Part shown: positions 8,874 to 19,129 of the stretch, piece by piece | How positions within the stretch are numbered: position 1 is the stretch's first letter | How the letters are laid out: each line of letters opens with the position of its first letter | IMG/VR virus record: IMGVR_UViG_3300017963_000242 | Span: 15,804 to 79,803 of that record | Reading direction: 5' to 3' (one strand) | From: a virus | Length of the DNA stretch: 64,000 nucleotides | Made by a program: the position numbers and the translations under genes | Notes under the pieces: generated by a model | Seen by the model: the letters and a program-made list of their open reading frames with translations, nothing else | Told to the model about the DNA's origin: nothing | Databases searched by the model: none

Positions 8874-11800
8874 CTATCCTGCTCCTAACGCCGCCAGCTC
8901 TGAGTAGTCTTGCAGATATGTGCTTGTCGTGGCCGATGTCGTGACATTTAATGTGTTGTTTGTTATCCGGTTGTCTGCGCCCGCCTGTCCTATTTGCGGG
9001 AATGACAATTCAGACATCGCTCTGCCGAACCCCGGCAACTCCTGTCGAGACAACTCGGCCATCAGGTCACGCGTGTTCGTCAGCATTTGCTCAATCGGTG
9101 ATGGAGAATGGCGCTGTGCCCAATCCGGCAACTTTGTTTTGGCCCACTCCTTTAGCTTGTCTATAAACTTGACGATTTTATCTGTCGTGTCTTTGATAAG
9201 CCCTTTTAGATTTTCAAATGTTTCTACAAGCCCATCTAGGACTTTATCTTTCGTATCCTTGATAGCACCTGAGATTTTTTCCCAAGCTGTTAGAAATGAG
9301 CCTTCGAGTGTATCACCAATGGTTTTTAGGAGCGGCTGAATGTCATCTTTCCATATATCGCGCAGCTTTTCGAAAATATCCATCACGCTGTCCTTGACAA
9401 AGTCATAGACCTTCGTCAGCGCTGGAACAAGCACTTCCTCAAACAACCTGCGCAGTTCCTCGATCTTGGGTTCAATGTGATCACGCCAGAAATCGCGTAG
9501 TTTTTCGAAAATATCAATCACTTTTTCTTTGACAGACGATGCTAATTCATTAAATTTATCAACTAATTTGTCTTTCAATGCTATGGCTAGTTCTTTGGAC
9601 AAATCTAGCAAGTCTTTGAACATTTCCCATGCTTGGCCGCCCCAAACAACAATAGCAGCAATACCGGCTATCAGCAAAACAATCGGGTTGGTTAAGAGCA
9701 AAATCGCGCCTACTAGAATACCTGCCACTACAGCCACCACGCCCATCACTCCCGCAAACTTGCCCAAGTTTTGCAAAGCCTCTGGTGGAATAAACTTTTT
9801 GATTTCTTCTATGATAGGAACAACTTTTTCGTCCCAGAACTCCCGCACTGTCGTAGTGAACGTTTCCCACGTAGACTGTAACTCTGCTAATGGCCCTTCC
9901 TTCAGCCGCGTCCACTCATCTATCACTGGCTGGAACATCCCTAGCAGCTTTTCCTTGATACTTTCCTTGGCATTCTCGAATGCAGTCGAAAGGCTACTCG
10001 CTATACCTCCCTCTCCGCTAAATATTGGTATTGGTATCTCTGGTGGTTCCAATTCACCAGTTAGCCCATCTGCCAGCCCATCAGTCAATCCGCCAATGGC
10101 AGCCGTCAACGAGTCGGTGACTTCCGACATCGGCTCCGTCATCTTGAACATCTGGTCGATGATTTTTTGCTGTAACGCTACCTGTTCTTGTAGTGGACTG
10201 AGTGCCTTTTGCGCTTCTTCGGCTTGTGATTCCGTCGCGTCTACCTGGTCATCTGCGAGGTCTAGCGCCTTTTCCGCTTCGGCAAACTCGGCCCGCTTGG
10301 CTGCGAGGACCGATTCATCCGCGCCCGCTGCCAGCAGTTTGTTGTATTCGTCAGCCAGCTTTGAGACGTTATCCTGAGCATCTTTTTGAGCTGACCTTGC
10401 CCTTTCAAGAGATTCCTCTGCTTCTTGGACCGCCTTCGTTGCTGCCGCGAGTTTGAACTGTCGTTTGGCAAGTTCCGCAATGTCCTTTCCGTATGCTCCC
10501 GTTGTTTTTTCCAGTTGCTTGAAAATACCATCTGTCATGTCGCCTGTCGCTGCCGCTTTTGCCAGACCTTCGGACAGACCGCGAAACATCTCAGCGCTGC
10601 CCTTTTCGGACATATCGCCCGAATCGACCAACCGAGATAGTGCCGTGCTAATTGGTCCCTGCATCGTATCCAGGATGCCAAAGTCGGCTTGCGTCATGTT
10701 GTGAAGGTACAAGTTCATCGACGATTGCGCCCACTTGTCCAGGTTTGGCATAATCTTCGGTGGCGATGATGGAGCCAGCCAGCTTTGCAGGATTCCGCCG
10801 ATGAATTGCATTGCCTGAGTCAGTGCCGCTGCCGCACCTTGTACCATTCCAGACGCAAACTCGGTGACGACCTGAATGCCCCACTTGAGTGCCCTTGATG
10901 CCATCTCGGACCATTTGTTGACCAGCTTGTCAACAGACGACTTACCCACGTCCTCGATAACCGGAACCATATTGCCCAGCCCGTCAGTGGTAAAGTTGAC
11001 AAACTGCGCCGTCGCCTGCGCTGCCGTATCGAATTTGCTTACCCAGCCCTCAACCAATCCGAGTACAACTGAGATAGCAGGCGCTATCTTGTTCACAAGA
11101 ATGTCTTGCAGTGGAGGTAGTACAAGATTCGCCAATTTGAGCAGGATACCTGTCGCCTGACCCAACACCGGAGAAAGGCCAACGGCAACTTGATCCTTGA
11201 AATTCTGAATGACAGCACCAAGCCCCGCGACCTTTTCCGACGTCGTCATGCCCGCGCCGCCAGTCTGCGCAATGAGTTTGTTTGTTGCCTCAACCGTGGC
11301 GTTTAGGATCGCGACTGACTTTTCTTCACTGGTCAGGTCTTTGACCGCCTTCCCGACTTTGGCGGCCATGGCCTCGTTCGCCTCACCCATTTTCAACACG
11401 ATGCCCGTGTTGTCAATGAGCATCGGACTTGAGCGTTTCACGCCAGTTACGAGGGACTGAAACATGAACTCGGCAGATCCGCCCGTAGCCGCCGCAGCGG
11501 CACGCGCGCCTGCAAGTAAGGTCGGCAGATTCTTGCCAAACTCTTTTCCGAGCATCTGACCCGCACCGGTTAGGGCGACGTTGGCCTGCGTCATCATCTC
11601 AAATTCGCTGATGGTCCCGCCTGACGCCCGTTGCATTGCAGACAGGTTGACGCCGAACTGAGCGGCATTGCGATTGAATGCGGCAGCAATACCCGGCAAG
11701 CCCGCACCCGCCTTGACCGTATTGACCAGGCCACCCGCTGCGCTCTTTGCGGCCTGCGCTAGAAAGCCAAGCCCCTTCGTCACCACTGCGGTAGACAGCG

Positions 11801-11924
11801 CCGACTTCATCTTTTCGCCCCAGGACGTCGCAGTTTTGATGCTCTGTCCCATAGCGTTATTAAACTGGTCTGAATCTAGGACTAGTCTTGAAACAAGTCT
11901 AGCAACTTCGATTGAACCGGCCAT
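8874..11924 (-). CDS. Tape measure protein
   Basis: 1016 aa helical/coiled-coil protein with W/F periodic repeats and a hydrophobic segment; follows the chaperone genes. Confidence 0.9.
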   Translation of the reverse strand: MAGSIEVARLVSRLVLDSDQFNNAMGQSIKTATSWGEKMKSALSTAVVTKGLGFLAQAAKSAAGGLVNTVKAGAGLPGIAAAFNRNAAQFGVNLSAMQRASGGTISEFEMMTQANVALTGAGQMLGKEFGKNLPTLLAGARAAAAATGGSAEFMFQSLVTGVKRSSPMLIDNTGIVLKMGEANEAMAAKVGKAVKDLTSEEKSVAILNATVEATNKLIAQTGGAGMTTSEKVAGLGAVIQNFKDQVAVGLSPVLGQATGILLKLANLVLPPLQDILVNKIAPAISVVLGLVEGWVSKFDTAAQATAQFVNFTTDGLGNMVPVIEDVGKSSVDKLVNKWSEMASRALKWGIQVVTEFASGMVQGAAAALTQAMQFIGGILQSWLAPSSPPKIMPNLDKWAQSSMNLYLHNMTQADFGILDTMQGPISTALSRLVDSGDMSEKGSAEMFRGLSEGLAKAAATGDMTDGIFKQLEKTTGAYGKDIAELAKRQFKLAAATKAVQEAEESLERARSAQKDAQDNVSKLADEYNKLLAAGADESVLAAKRAEFAEAEKALDLADDQVDATESQAEEAQKALSPLQEQVALQQKIIDQMFKMTEPMSEVTDSLTAAIGGLTDGLADGLTGELEPPEIPIPIFSGEGGIASSLSTAFENAKESIKEKLLGMFQPVIDEWTRLKEGPLAELQSTWETFTTTVREFWDEKVVPIIEEIKKFIPPEALQNLGKFAGVMGVVAVVAGILVGAILLLTNPIVLLIAGIAAIVVWGGQAWEMFKDLLDLSKELAIALKDKLVDKFNELASSVKEKVIDIFEKLRDFWRDHIEPKIEELRRLFEEVLVPALTKVYDFVKDSVMDIFEKLRDIWKDDIQPLLKTIGDTLEGSFLTAWEKISGAIKDTKDKVLDGLVETFENLKGLIKDTTDKIVKFIDKLKEWAKTKLPDWAQRHSPSPIEQMLTNTRDLMAELSRQELPGFGRAMSELSFPQIGQAGADNRITNNTLNVTTSATTSTYLQDYSELAALGAG

Positions 11925-11944
11925 CAGCGTCCCTTGAGATTAGC

Positions 11945-12313
11945 CTATATCGGCCCATCTCGCTTCTTTTTCCATTCCGGTCGATTGTCTTGTATGTTGC
12001 CACCGAACAGACTGGCTAGATTTTTCATAGCGCCTAGTGCCTGTTGTGGCGTCTTCAGTCGTGGAGCCTGCCGCTTCTTGAACTGCGGCATAAAGTCCTT
12101 GAGCTTTGGCTTTCTGCCTTTCTTGCCGCGCCACATATTTGCCATCGTAAACGCGACCATCGCCGCTCGCCAGTCGGCACGTTCTTCGTCCCACGGGTCT
12201 ATTTCTGCATATGCAATCCACTCGCGGTAGACCCGTTGTGGCATCACCGACAGCATAGCGTCGGGGTTGGGCCACCCAAGCGCCAGCGCAAGTCGAAACT
12301 CGAACTGGCGCAT
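11945..12313 (-). CDS. Tail assembly chaperone, T part (frameshift product)
   Basis: LALALG...EWIAY motif; in the -1 frame relative to the upstream gene. Confidence 0.8.
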   Translation of the reverse strand: MRQFEFRLALALGWPNPDAMLSVMPQRVYREWIAYAEIDPWDEERADWRAAMVAFTMANMWRGKKGRKPKLKDFMPQFKKRQAPRLKTPQQALGAMKNLASLFGGNIQDNRPEWKKKRDGPI

Positions 12314-12318
12314 GGGCG

Positions 12319-12717
12319 TCAGTTTGGGGATTCCTGCTCTTCCCCTTCCTCGTCCTCGTCTCCGGTCAACCCGGACAGGTCATAGACGGCATTAGCGATA
12401 CTCGCTAGGCCAGCATAGAACGATGCCCGTTTGCCACGCTTGCGCAAGGTTGCCTTGTCCTTGTTCTCGAACACGGGCTCGCCTTTGTCATCGACGCAGC
12501 ACCATACAACCACGTCGTAGGTGTAATCGAGCGCTTGACTGACTGCCTCTCTACCTTCGGCCTGATTCATATCCAGGCCAACTCTTTGGAACTCTTCGGC
12601 AGACAGTTCGCGCACGCGAACCTCGACGCCTTTGCCCCATTCCGGCACGGCAACGACGGCCATCTTGAACCCCTGCTCTGCGATATCAAAAATCGCTGCT
12701 TTATCCAGCAGTGGCAT
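12319..12717 (-). CDS. Tail assembly chaperone (G)
   Basis: VPEWG..V.VRELS motif; lies between tail tube and tape measure genes. Confidence 0.85.
   Translation of the reverse strand: MPLLDKAAIFDIAEQGFKMAVVAVPEWGKGVEVRVRELSAEEFQRVGLDMNQAEGREAVSQALDYTYDVVVWCCVDDKGEPVFENKDKATLRKRGKRASFYAGLASIANAVYDLSGLTGDEDEEGEEQESPN
12322..12328 (-). other. -1 programmed ribosomal frameshift site C CCA AAC
   Basis: X XXY YYZ heptamer directly before the TGA; the -1 frame reads CCC AAA CTG ACG CCC ATG into the next ORF. Confidence 0.75.
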
Positions 12718-12767
12718 GTAAAAAACCTTTCAGCCTCTATAACATTTTGTTATGTCGGCACTAGACG

Positions 12768-13217
12768 CTAGGTGATCGCCAGCGTCGGCTTGCCCGAAAT
12801 CTTGATTGTGAGTTCAGCAGTCAGCACATCGTCCATCGGGTCGTCTACGTCGAACCCGCTCACAAAGCCGTCGAACGTGAACGTAGCCGTCCCGCCGCAA
12901 CCGTCTAGCTGCCACTGCCACGTAGCGAGCGTGCATTGCTCTGTCTCAAAGTCGGACAGCAGGCCCGTACCCGCCGTCTGCGCGTGCGTGGTATCAGCAA
13001 TCGGATCCCAGGTCAGGCCGAACGAGATAGCGCCCGGGTCCACGCGCCCGCCGATGTACTCATTGTAGTATGTGGTCATACTGCGATCCGCAATCTCGAT
13101 TTCATTGCGGCTAATAGACGGGCCGGACATGTCCCTAATCTTTGCGATGTTGGTATAGGAAGTGCCGCCTGCTGGATCCCAGCCAAGCGTTCCTAAGTGC
13201 CCCGGATGATTTGCCAT
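12768..13217 (-). CDS. Major tail (tube) protein, lambda gpV-like
   Basis: SGPSISR..IE...G..DPG...FDGFVSGF...LTIKISGKP. Confidence 0.85.
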   Translation of the reverse strand: MANHPGHLGTLGWDPAGGTSYTNIAKIRDMSGPSISRNEIEIADRSMTTYYNEYIGGRVDPGAISFGLTWDPIADTTHAQTAGTGLLSDFETEQCTLATWQWQLDGCGGTATFTFDGFVSGFDVDDPMDDVLTAELTIKISGKPTLAIT

Positions 13218-13264
13218 CGTATCTATTCCTTTGAACCGCCAATGTCATCATTGCGATTCTACAA

Positions 13265-13876
13265 TTACCAGCGGCTTCTCCACCGCTGCCAAAAAACTCG
13301 ATTGTCCATTGAAAACCACGGCTCGTGTGGTTCGTGCAGTCCGTGGTCCACGTATACAGAAGGTATCCACAGCGCTCGTTTGTTATGGTCCCTCTGCGCT
13401 CTCCACTGCCAGTCTACGTCACTGCCATAGTGCCTGAACGTTTCATCAAGCGGACCAAGCGCCTGGATTGCCGCCCGCTTGACAACGAGACAAAAACCCG
13501 CGCAATGGCTGACCACCTGCGGTTGGCGCTCGTCGTTTGGCCGTCCTGTATTCTGCGGCGCTGTTCTGCATGGTCCCGACGGCCCCGCGAACCAGCAATC
13601 TGAGCGCTTCTCCAATTCGTCCCATAGCGTTGCCAACCATCCTATCCGAACGATACAGTCATCGTTCAGGATACACACGTCATCCGTCGCCGTCCAACTC
13701 TGGTCCTGATTCTGTCGCGTCAACGGCAGGTGTCGATTCACGTTCCTCGTCCACCCGCTCCTGCTTTCGTCCACTGCAACCACGGCACGGACGTTTTCTA
13801 GTCCAGCCAGTAGCAAAGCCTGATTTCGCGCTTTCATCCCCATCCCCCGGTCCAGCGTCGGAACGATGATCAACAT
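13265..13876 (-). CDS. GT2-like glycosyltransferase
   Basis: ILNDD (DxD-like), GFCLVVKR, GPLDETFRHYGSDVDW. Confidence 0.8.
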   Translation of the reverse strand: MLIIVPTLDRGMGMKARNQALLLAGLENVRAVVAVDESRSGWTRNVNRHLPLTRQNQDQSWTATDDVCILNDDCIVRIGWLATLWDELEKRSDCWFAGPSGPCRTAPQNTGRPNDERQPQVVSHCAGFCLVVKRAAIQALGPLDETFRHYGSDVDWQWRAQRDHNKRALWIPSVYVDHGLHEPHEPWFSMDNRVFWQRWRSRW

Positions 13877-14555
13877 GGTTATAGTGCCTCAGACCTTTCT
13901 CTAGCCAGTTCAATGCTGGCGTGATAACGCGCTTGTGCCCCGGTATATCCAGACCTTCATAGCAGTAGTCGTGTAGGTTGAGAAGCTCTGTGACCGGCTC
14001 TTCGAGCAGCTTGTCATAGTCCACCTGATAGACCATACCTGGAAAATTGCCAAGCTGGTACAGAAGCGCCTTGCGCCATTTTTCCATCAGCGCCCGCGCC
14101 TCGTCCTCTGTCATCGGCCAGCGTCCGTGATAGGCTAGTTCGGTGTGTCGCTTGAACGACTTGACGATGTTCTCAAAGTCTCGATGTGCCCAGACGACAC
14201 GCAGTTCGGTGTCTGTTTCCGCGAACAAAGGCCAGATGTGATTGAAGGTAAAGGCCATGCGAGGCCCCTTGACTCCAAATATCGGCGCGCGGCTGCATTT
14301 GGCTATCAATCGACGATAGGCGTCAAGCTGTGTTGGCGTAGCATCCATCCAGCGGACGGTATACCTTTCGCCTCCGATTTGCTTGTTTATACGCTGCCAC
14401 GCAAGCGATTCATAGTAGCCGTTTTCATTTAGGATGTCAGCCACCTGTAGACGTTCACCCATATTGACCCCAAGCCGGTGAAGGCTCCCAGCCAGTGCTG
14501 ATGATCCGCTGCGCGGACAACTCAATATAAAAATTGCGCGTGACTTGTTCTTCAT
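13680..14555 (-). CDS. Sulfotransferase-family protein
   Basis: ILSCPRSGSSAL PAPS-binding loop, N..GYYE, GVKGPR. Confidence 0.75.
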   Translation of the reverse strand: MKNKSRAIFILSCPRSGSSALAGSLHRLGVNMGERLQVADILNENGYYESLAWQRINKQIGGERYTVRWMDATPTQLDAYRRLIAKCSRAPIFGVKGPRMAFTFNHIWPLFAETDTELRVVWAHRDFENIVKSFKRHTELAYHGRWPMTEDEARALMEKWRKALLYQLGNFPGMVYQVDYDKLLEEPVTELLNLHDYCYEGLDIPGHKRVITPALNWLEKGLRHYNHVDHRSDAGPGDGDESAKSGFATGWTRKRPCRGCSGRKQERVDEERESTPAVDATESGPELDGDG

Positions 14556-15133
14556 ACCAAGTACCCTTCCCACTTCTTCGCCATCATCGGGTTTTGAATC
14601 CCTTCTCGCTCCAATAGTGAAGCGGCTTGATGAAACGCTTGAAACACTGGCGGCATATTCATATCGTCCAGACAGATGACCCGCGCCGACCGAACTGCCA
14701 TCACATCACAAAGCACTTCTGCGTGCTTGTGCAATCCATCCACCAACGCAAAGGCCCACTCGCGCCCTTGTAATGCTCGAATCGCTACCGGGCTTTGCGA
14801 CTCTACTCTCAACACATCCAGCACGCCGTTCTCTCTCCACTTCTCTGTTCGCGCCTTGAACCTGCTGTACTCGTGCCCTTGACAGTTCTGCGTTCCTGGC
14901 GTCCACGGATCCACGACGAGCACGCGCCTGCCGTACCGCGCTGCAATCTTGCAGAACTCAACCGTTGAATCGCCTTCCATCGCGCCTATTTCTACGATGT
15001 CTCCCGGTCCCGCCTCCACTGCGGCTTGCGCTGCTTGAATCCACCTGGCGCGGCGCTGTATCCTGTGGTCATCCGTGCCGGTGTCCATTGCCAGTATCTC
15101 GCGTATGCGGTTGGTCAACTCGGCCTTGTCCAC
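14552..15133 (-). CDS. Class I SAM-dependent methyltransferase (Methyltransf_24-like)
   Basis: IVEIGAMEGDST, VDPW, LVDGLH, LDD. Confidence 0.8.
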   Translation of the reverse strand: MDKAELTNRIREILAMDTGTDDHRIQRRARWIQAAQAAVEAGPGDIVEIGAMEGDSTVEFCKIAARYGRRVLVVDPWTPGTQNCQGHEYSRFKARTEKWRENGVLDVLRVESQSPVAIRALQGREWAFALVDGLHKHAEVLCDVMAVRSARVICLDDMNMPPVFQAFHQAASLLEREGIQNPMMAKKWEGYLV

Positions 15134-15798
15134 CCGTCCCTCTTCTCACATTTCAAATTGATGCGGAACTTTTCCCAGTCGTAGTCGAGTGCTTCCAGTT
15201 CGTCTAGCAAGTCGTCTGTTGTCCGTCCGTGCTCGGCCAGCGTCGGACCGTGTATCTCGATGAACAGGAATGGCACGGTCTGAAACAGTTCAGCGCCTCC
15301 CTCCAAGATGTCTACCTCTGTTCCCTGCGTGTCCACCTTGACTAGCTGGACATCCGGCCTACCTGCTTCGTTCCACCACGTATCAAGCGTCGTGACTTTG
15401 ACTGACTCTGTCTGAGACTCCACTTTCTTGTTCAGCGCCTCGTAAAAGTTTGGCCTATCCGCAATGCTGGCCCATCCCGCGATAGACGGGTCAACCGGGT
15501 ATTTGAGCACTGCGTCTCCCTGGCTCGAACTCACGGCCAGCCGATGCAACTCAATGTCTACCTGGTTGACTTCTGCCATCTCTACCAGCGCGTCAGCGAC
15601 CCGCGTCTGTGGCTCGAATGCCACGCACCGCGCATCCTCTACGCCCAGCAACGTGGCGATACACAGCGCCCCCACGTTTGCGCCCACGTCTACTAGCAGA
15701 CCGCTCGGCGTCATCTTGGATACCATCCACTCGACGTTTGGCGGATTCCCAGCCAGCTTGTTCGGGCAGTATCGCAGTGCCTCTTCTATCCAGATCAT
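15115..15798 (-). CDS. FkbM-family methyltransferase
   Basis: VDVGANVG, AFEP, LVKVDTQGTE. Confidence 0.9.
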   Translation of the reverse strand: MIWIEEALRYCPNKLAGNPPNVEWMVSKMTPSGLLVDVGANVGALCIATLLGVEDARCVAFEPQTRVADALVEMAEVNQVDIELHRLAVSSSQGDAVLKYPVDPSIAGWASIADRPNFYEALNKKVESQTESVKVTTLDTWWNEAGRPDVQLVKVDTQGTEVDILEGGAELFQTVPFLFIEIHGPTLAEHGRTTDDLLDELEALDYDWEKFRINLKCEKRDGWTRPS

Positions 15799-16547
15799 GC
15801 GCCCTTCTCCACAAGTTGTCCCTTCTCGGTCAGTTTCCAGGTCGCACTATTCAACGTCCCCGGCTTTTCAAATTCCACAAGCGCCTGTTGCCATATCGCT
15901 TGGTTGCGCATGACCTCGCCTTGCGGTTTGTGCTTCGCGTGCTGCTGATGGTATACAACCGTGAACCCTGTCGCGTCGATGATAGGCAGTTTCTCTTGCT
16001 TATCTGCCCAACTCACAATCCAGTTATCCCACGCTGTCCGGCCTACTCCGAACGGTGGAATGTCTCTCAGCCAGTCGCCGCGATAGCAAAACACGTCGAT
16101 GCCTGAACGGGTATAGTCTGTAAATGGCAGGTCTTTTATCATGCCGTGCCAATCTTCAGAGAAGTCCAGTTCGTCGTCTACCTGGATATTCCGCCTACGT
16201 GTGATGAGCAGAAAGTTGCTGAACCTATCTTCCACTGCCTGTACTGCTGTAGCGAACTGCGGTTCTAGGACGATGTCTGCGTTAATCAAGCAACGTGTGT
16301 CTCTTGACCTTGCCAGCTTGTGCGCACTGTCTATCACGTCTGGCAGCAATGGCGCTCCCTTTTCTGTTCGCCTCATTGGCATAAGCTGGATACCGTTCGC
16401 CTCAGCCTCTTCTGCTGCCCCAGGTTCGTCTTGTCCGAACCATACAATCTGAGCTTGTGGAAAGACCGTCTGCCATGACCGTACAGCGTTACGCTGGATG
16501 TGCTCGAACTCTCCCGCAAACCCTTTGACGATGCTGTAAATCAGCAT
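15795..16547 (-). CDS. Putative GT-A glycosyltransferase
   Basis: QRNAVRSW, INADI, WDNW, HQQH motifs; cluster context. Confidence 0.6.
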   Translation of the reverse strand: MLIYSIVKGFAGEFEHIQRNAVRSWQTVFPQAQIVWFGQDEPGAAEEAEANGIQLMPMRRTEKGAPLLPDVIDSAHKLARSRDTRCLINADIVLEPQFATAVQAVEDRFSNFLLITRRRNIQVDDELDFSEDWHGMIKDLPFTDYTRSGIDVFCYRGDWLRDIPPFGVGRTAWDNWIVSWADKQEKLPIIDATGFTVVYHQQHAKHKPQGEVMRNQAIWQQALVEFEKPGTLNSATWKLTEKGQLVEKGA

Positions 16548-17671
16548 AGCTCTGGCCCCTTGCCAAAGCGATTGAACCTATCTCCGTATATGCCCCACCA
16601 ATCCCAGATAGTTTTCCCGGTTGTGTCCATGTACAATATCGCATCCATCCCCTCGAATGGCATTGCCAGAACGACGCTGTCACACTGCTCTATCAGTTCC
16701 TCGAATGTCTCACACGTGCTATACAGATTCGGGTCGTATGTCTCGGCATTCAGCAGTTCGGCCAATCTGGCCCCTGGCGATTCTGTGCCATCGACGACGC
16801 CCGGTTTGAACGATAATCCAGCTACGCCAAACCTTTGATACTGGCACAAGTCTGCCTCTCTGACCAATTGCGCCATGTGTATCATCTGTGACCGATTCCA
16901 GCACGCCACGCTCTCGGTCATCACCGGAGCGACATTTGCTTGCTGCAATGCATTGCTGAAAGCCAAGTCGTCTCTCGGAAAACACGGTCCCCCGTATGGC
17001 GGTCCGGCCTTGAAATATCTTGGACCGATGCGCGAATCTTGACCGATGGCGTTCAGCACATCTTCGGCGTCTGCTCCATCTGTACGCTGGCACAACCAGG
17101 CTATCTCATTTGCCTTTGCCAGCTTTGAGGTAATGGCTGTGTTCAATCCAATTTTGGCAATCTCGGCGCTTGGAATGCTCATAAACGTTGGCTTTGTCCA
17201 GCACGCCCACCTGTAAAAACTTTCTAGGTGGCTGCGCTCCAACTCTGTTGCGCACCCTGCTACAATAAACTCTGGATGTGCAAAGTCCTCTTGCACGTTG
17301 CCCTGGCGCACAAACTCCGGTACGTAGGCAAAGCCGAAATCCGCATGCGCGTACATTCCGCTCTGTTCCAATGCTGCCCGGATAGGCCCTTCCGTGTCGC
17401 CCGGATTGACCGTGCTGGATATGATGACCATCCTCCAACAAGACAGGTCTATCTCTGAGCAAGCCGCGACCACGTTCGCTATATCATAGCTGCCATCTGG
17501 CAGGCTCGGCGTATTCACGATGACGATCACTATGTCCGCGTCTTTGGTTGTCTCTGCCGTCGATTTGCATTCTGGCGCGACATCTGCAATGCGCACAGGA
17601 TAAGAACGCCCGATGTGCTGCGCCATCACACTGCCTAACTTGCCCATCCCGCCTACCACTGTCACGTTCAC
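16541..17671 (-). CDS. UDP-glucose/GDP-mannose dehydrogenase family protein
   Basis: GGMGKLG Rossmann motif, VNTP, SSTV.PG, PEF, AEIAK, YGGPCFPRD catalytic Cys, GLSFKP. Confidence 0.9.
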   Translation of the reverse strand: MNVTVVGGMGKLGSVMAQHIGRSYPVRIADVAPECKSTAETTKDADIVIVIVNTPSLPDGSYDIANVVAACSEIDLSCWRMVIISSTVNPGDTEGPIRAALEQSGMYAHADFGFAYVPEFVRQGNVQEDFAHPEFIVAGCATELERSHLESFYRWACWTKPTFMSIPSAEIAKIGLNTAITSKLAKANEIAWLCQRTDGADAEDVLNAIGQDSRIGPRYFKAGPPYGGPCFPRDDLAFSNALQQANVAPVMTESVACWNRSQMIHMAQLVREADLCQYQRFGVAGLSFKPGVVDGTESPGARLAELLNAETYDPNLYSTCETFEELIEQCDSVVLAMPFEGMDAILYMDTTGKTIWDWWGIYGDRFNRFGKGPELC

Positions 17672-18453
17672 AAAGAGTACCTTTCTGGATAGTTCTTGAT
17701 ATATGGTCGCGTTTCGACTCTTGCCCAACCATCCATCACGCTTCCGATGTCTATGGCAATTCCGCCCTGTTGTTTTATCACATCACAGTAGACCTTACCA
17801 TTTGGACCAGCGCCTACAAAGAATAAATCGCCTAGATTTACATCTCGTTCTAGTTCCTCAATCAATTCATTATGTCGCTGAGGATAATGCTGCGCTATAG
17901 GCTTTACATACTTTGCCTCACTTGGGACTGGATACCAGCGAACGTCTTTGACGCCTATAGCGCATAAGGTTTGCCTTACGTCAAAACATCCGATAACTGA
18001 TATTGCATCCTGTTCAGAGATTAGATTTCTCCACCAACCTTGACGCTGTATTTCTCTTGTTACTGTGCAATGCGCAATTTCATGTTTGATAAGGTCTAGC
18101 TTGCCTATGAGTTGCGAGACAAGCACCCGATGCATCTTGTTCTTTGCCTTTTTCTTTGGCAATCCCAAGATATTCGCGTTTTGGGCTGCGGTGACAACCT
18201 GTGCTTTTAATGGCAACATGACCTTGCCGTCAAGGGGTCTATATTTTCCGTACCATATCAATAATGAATGCTGCAATTCGTTGACATCATGAAAATCTGG
18301 ATAGCCCAGTAGCCGCGCCTCTCCATCACCTAGACGAATGAGTGAGAATGGTCTGCGCTCTGTGACGTGTTCACAAATTATATCCATCACGTCTTTCGCG
18401 GTTAGCATCCATTTGTCTTTTATTTTTCTGGTCGCGTCGTTAGTCTGCGCCAA
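17668..18453 (-). CDS. GT-D-fold-like glycosyltransferase (paralog 1)
   Basis: FSLIRLGDGE, GAGPNGK, AIDIGS. Confidence 0.7.
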   Translation of the reverse strand: MAQTNDATRKIKDKWMLTAKDVMDIICEHVTERRPFSLIRLGDGEARLLGYPDFHDVNELQHSLLIWYGKYRPLDGKVMLPLKAQVVTAAQNANILGLPKKKAKNKMHRVLVSQLIGKLDLIKHEIAHCTVTREIQRQGWWRNLISEQDAISVIGCFDVRQTLCAIGVKDVRWYPVPSEAKYVKPIAQHYPQRHNELIEELERDVNLGDLFFVGAGPNGKVYCDVIKQQGGIAIDIGSVMDGWARVETRPYIKNYPERYSL

Positions 18454-19129
18454 CCCTTCCCTCTCGCTCGTACACTGTCAGTTCGTGATTATCTATCGTA
18501 TACCCGTATCGCTTCATCTCTCCTGTCAAATCACCTAGCAATCGCTCTGGAAGCTGTGTTAGCTCGAATCCTTTTGGTGATGCGAAACATCTCGTATTGC
18601 ACGTCCTGTCATTGTAGATCGCCCGCTCCTTGTAAGCGATGTCCAGTTTTTCCAACAGTGATTTAGCATCGTCCTCAATCCTGTGCGTTGCGTCAGCGTG
18701 AGGCACAATGCGCCTATTCCATTCAATCCAGAAATAGGCCGCACGCGCTGGACCTGTCTTGAGATCAAATAGCTCTGGTATAGTCTGTCGTACCACCTTC
18801 TGCCATTTGCGGTATCGCCCGGTATTTGTCAAAAGCTGCGTTCGTAACAATGACCTAATGACATTGCGCGGATGCCGAACGACATGCACCACAATTATTT
18901 GTCTTAGCCATTCACTGCCTAGATATGGTACTGCTAACCACGAACACTCGGCCTGATAACCCTTTCTGGTCCATTCATCGTGCCTTGTGATTTGCTCGTC
19001 TGGATTTTCTATGCTTTCTGGTCTAAATATCTTCTCGTGTGTACATAGAATATCCACCGAATTCATGACACGCGCCATATAACCTGTTCCACAACGTCCT
19101 GTGCCCGTGAATAACCATTTCATCACCAC
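18440..19129 (-). CDS. Sulfotransferase-like protein
   Basis: FTGTGRCGT, HE, SW, VRHP..VI.S. Confidence 0.65.
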   Translation of the reverse strand: MVMKWLFTGTGRCGTGYMARVMNSVDILCTHEKIFRPESIENPDEQITRHDEWTRKGYQAECSWLAVPYLGSEWLRQIIVVHVVRHPRNVIRSLLRTQLLTNTGRYRKWQKVVRQTIPELFDLKTGPARAAYFWIEWNRRIVPHADATHRIEDDAKSLLEKLDIAYKERAIYNDRTCNTRCFASPKGFELTQLPERLLGDLTGEMKRYGYTIDNHELTVYEREGRVGAD

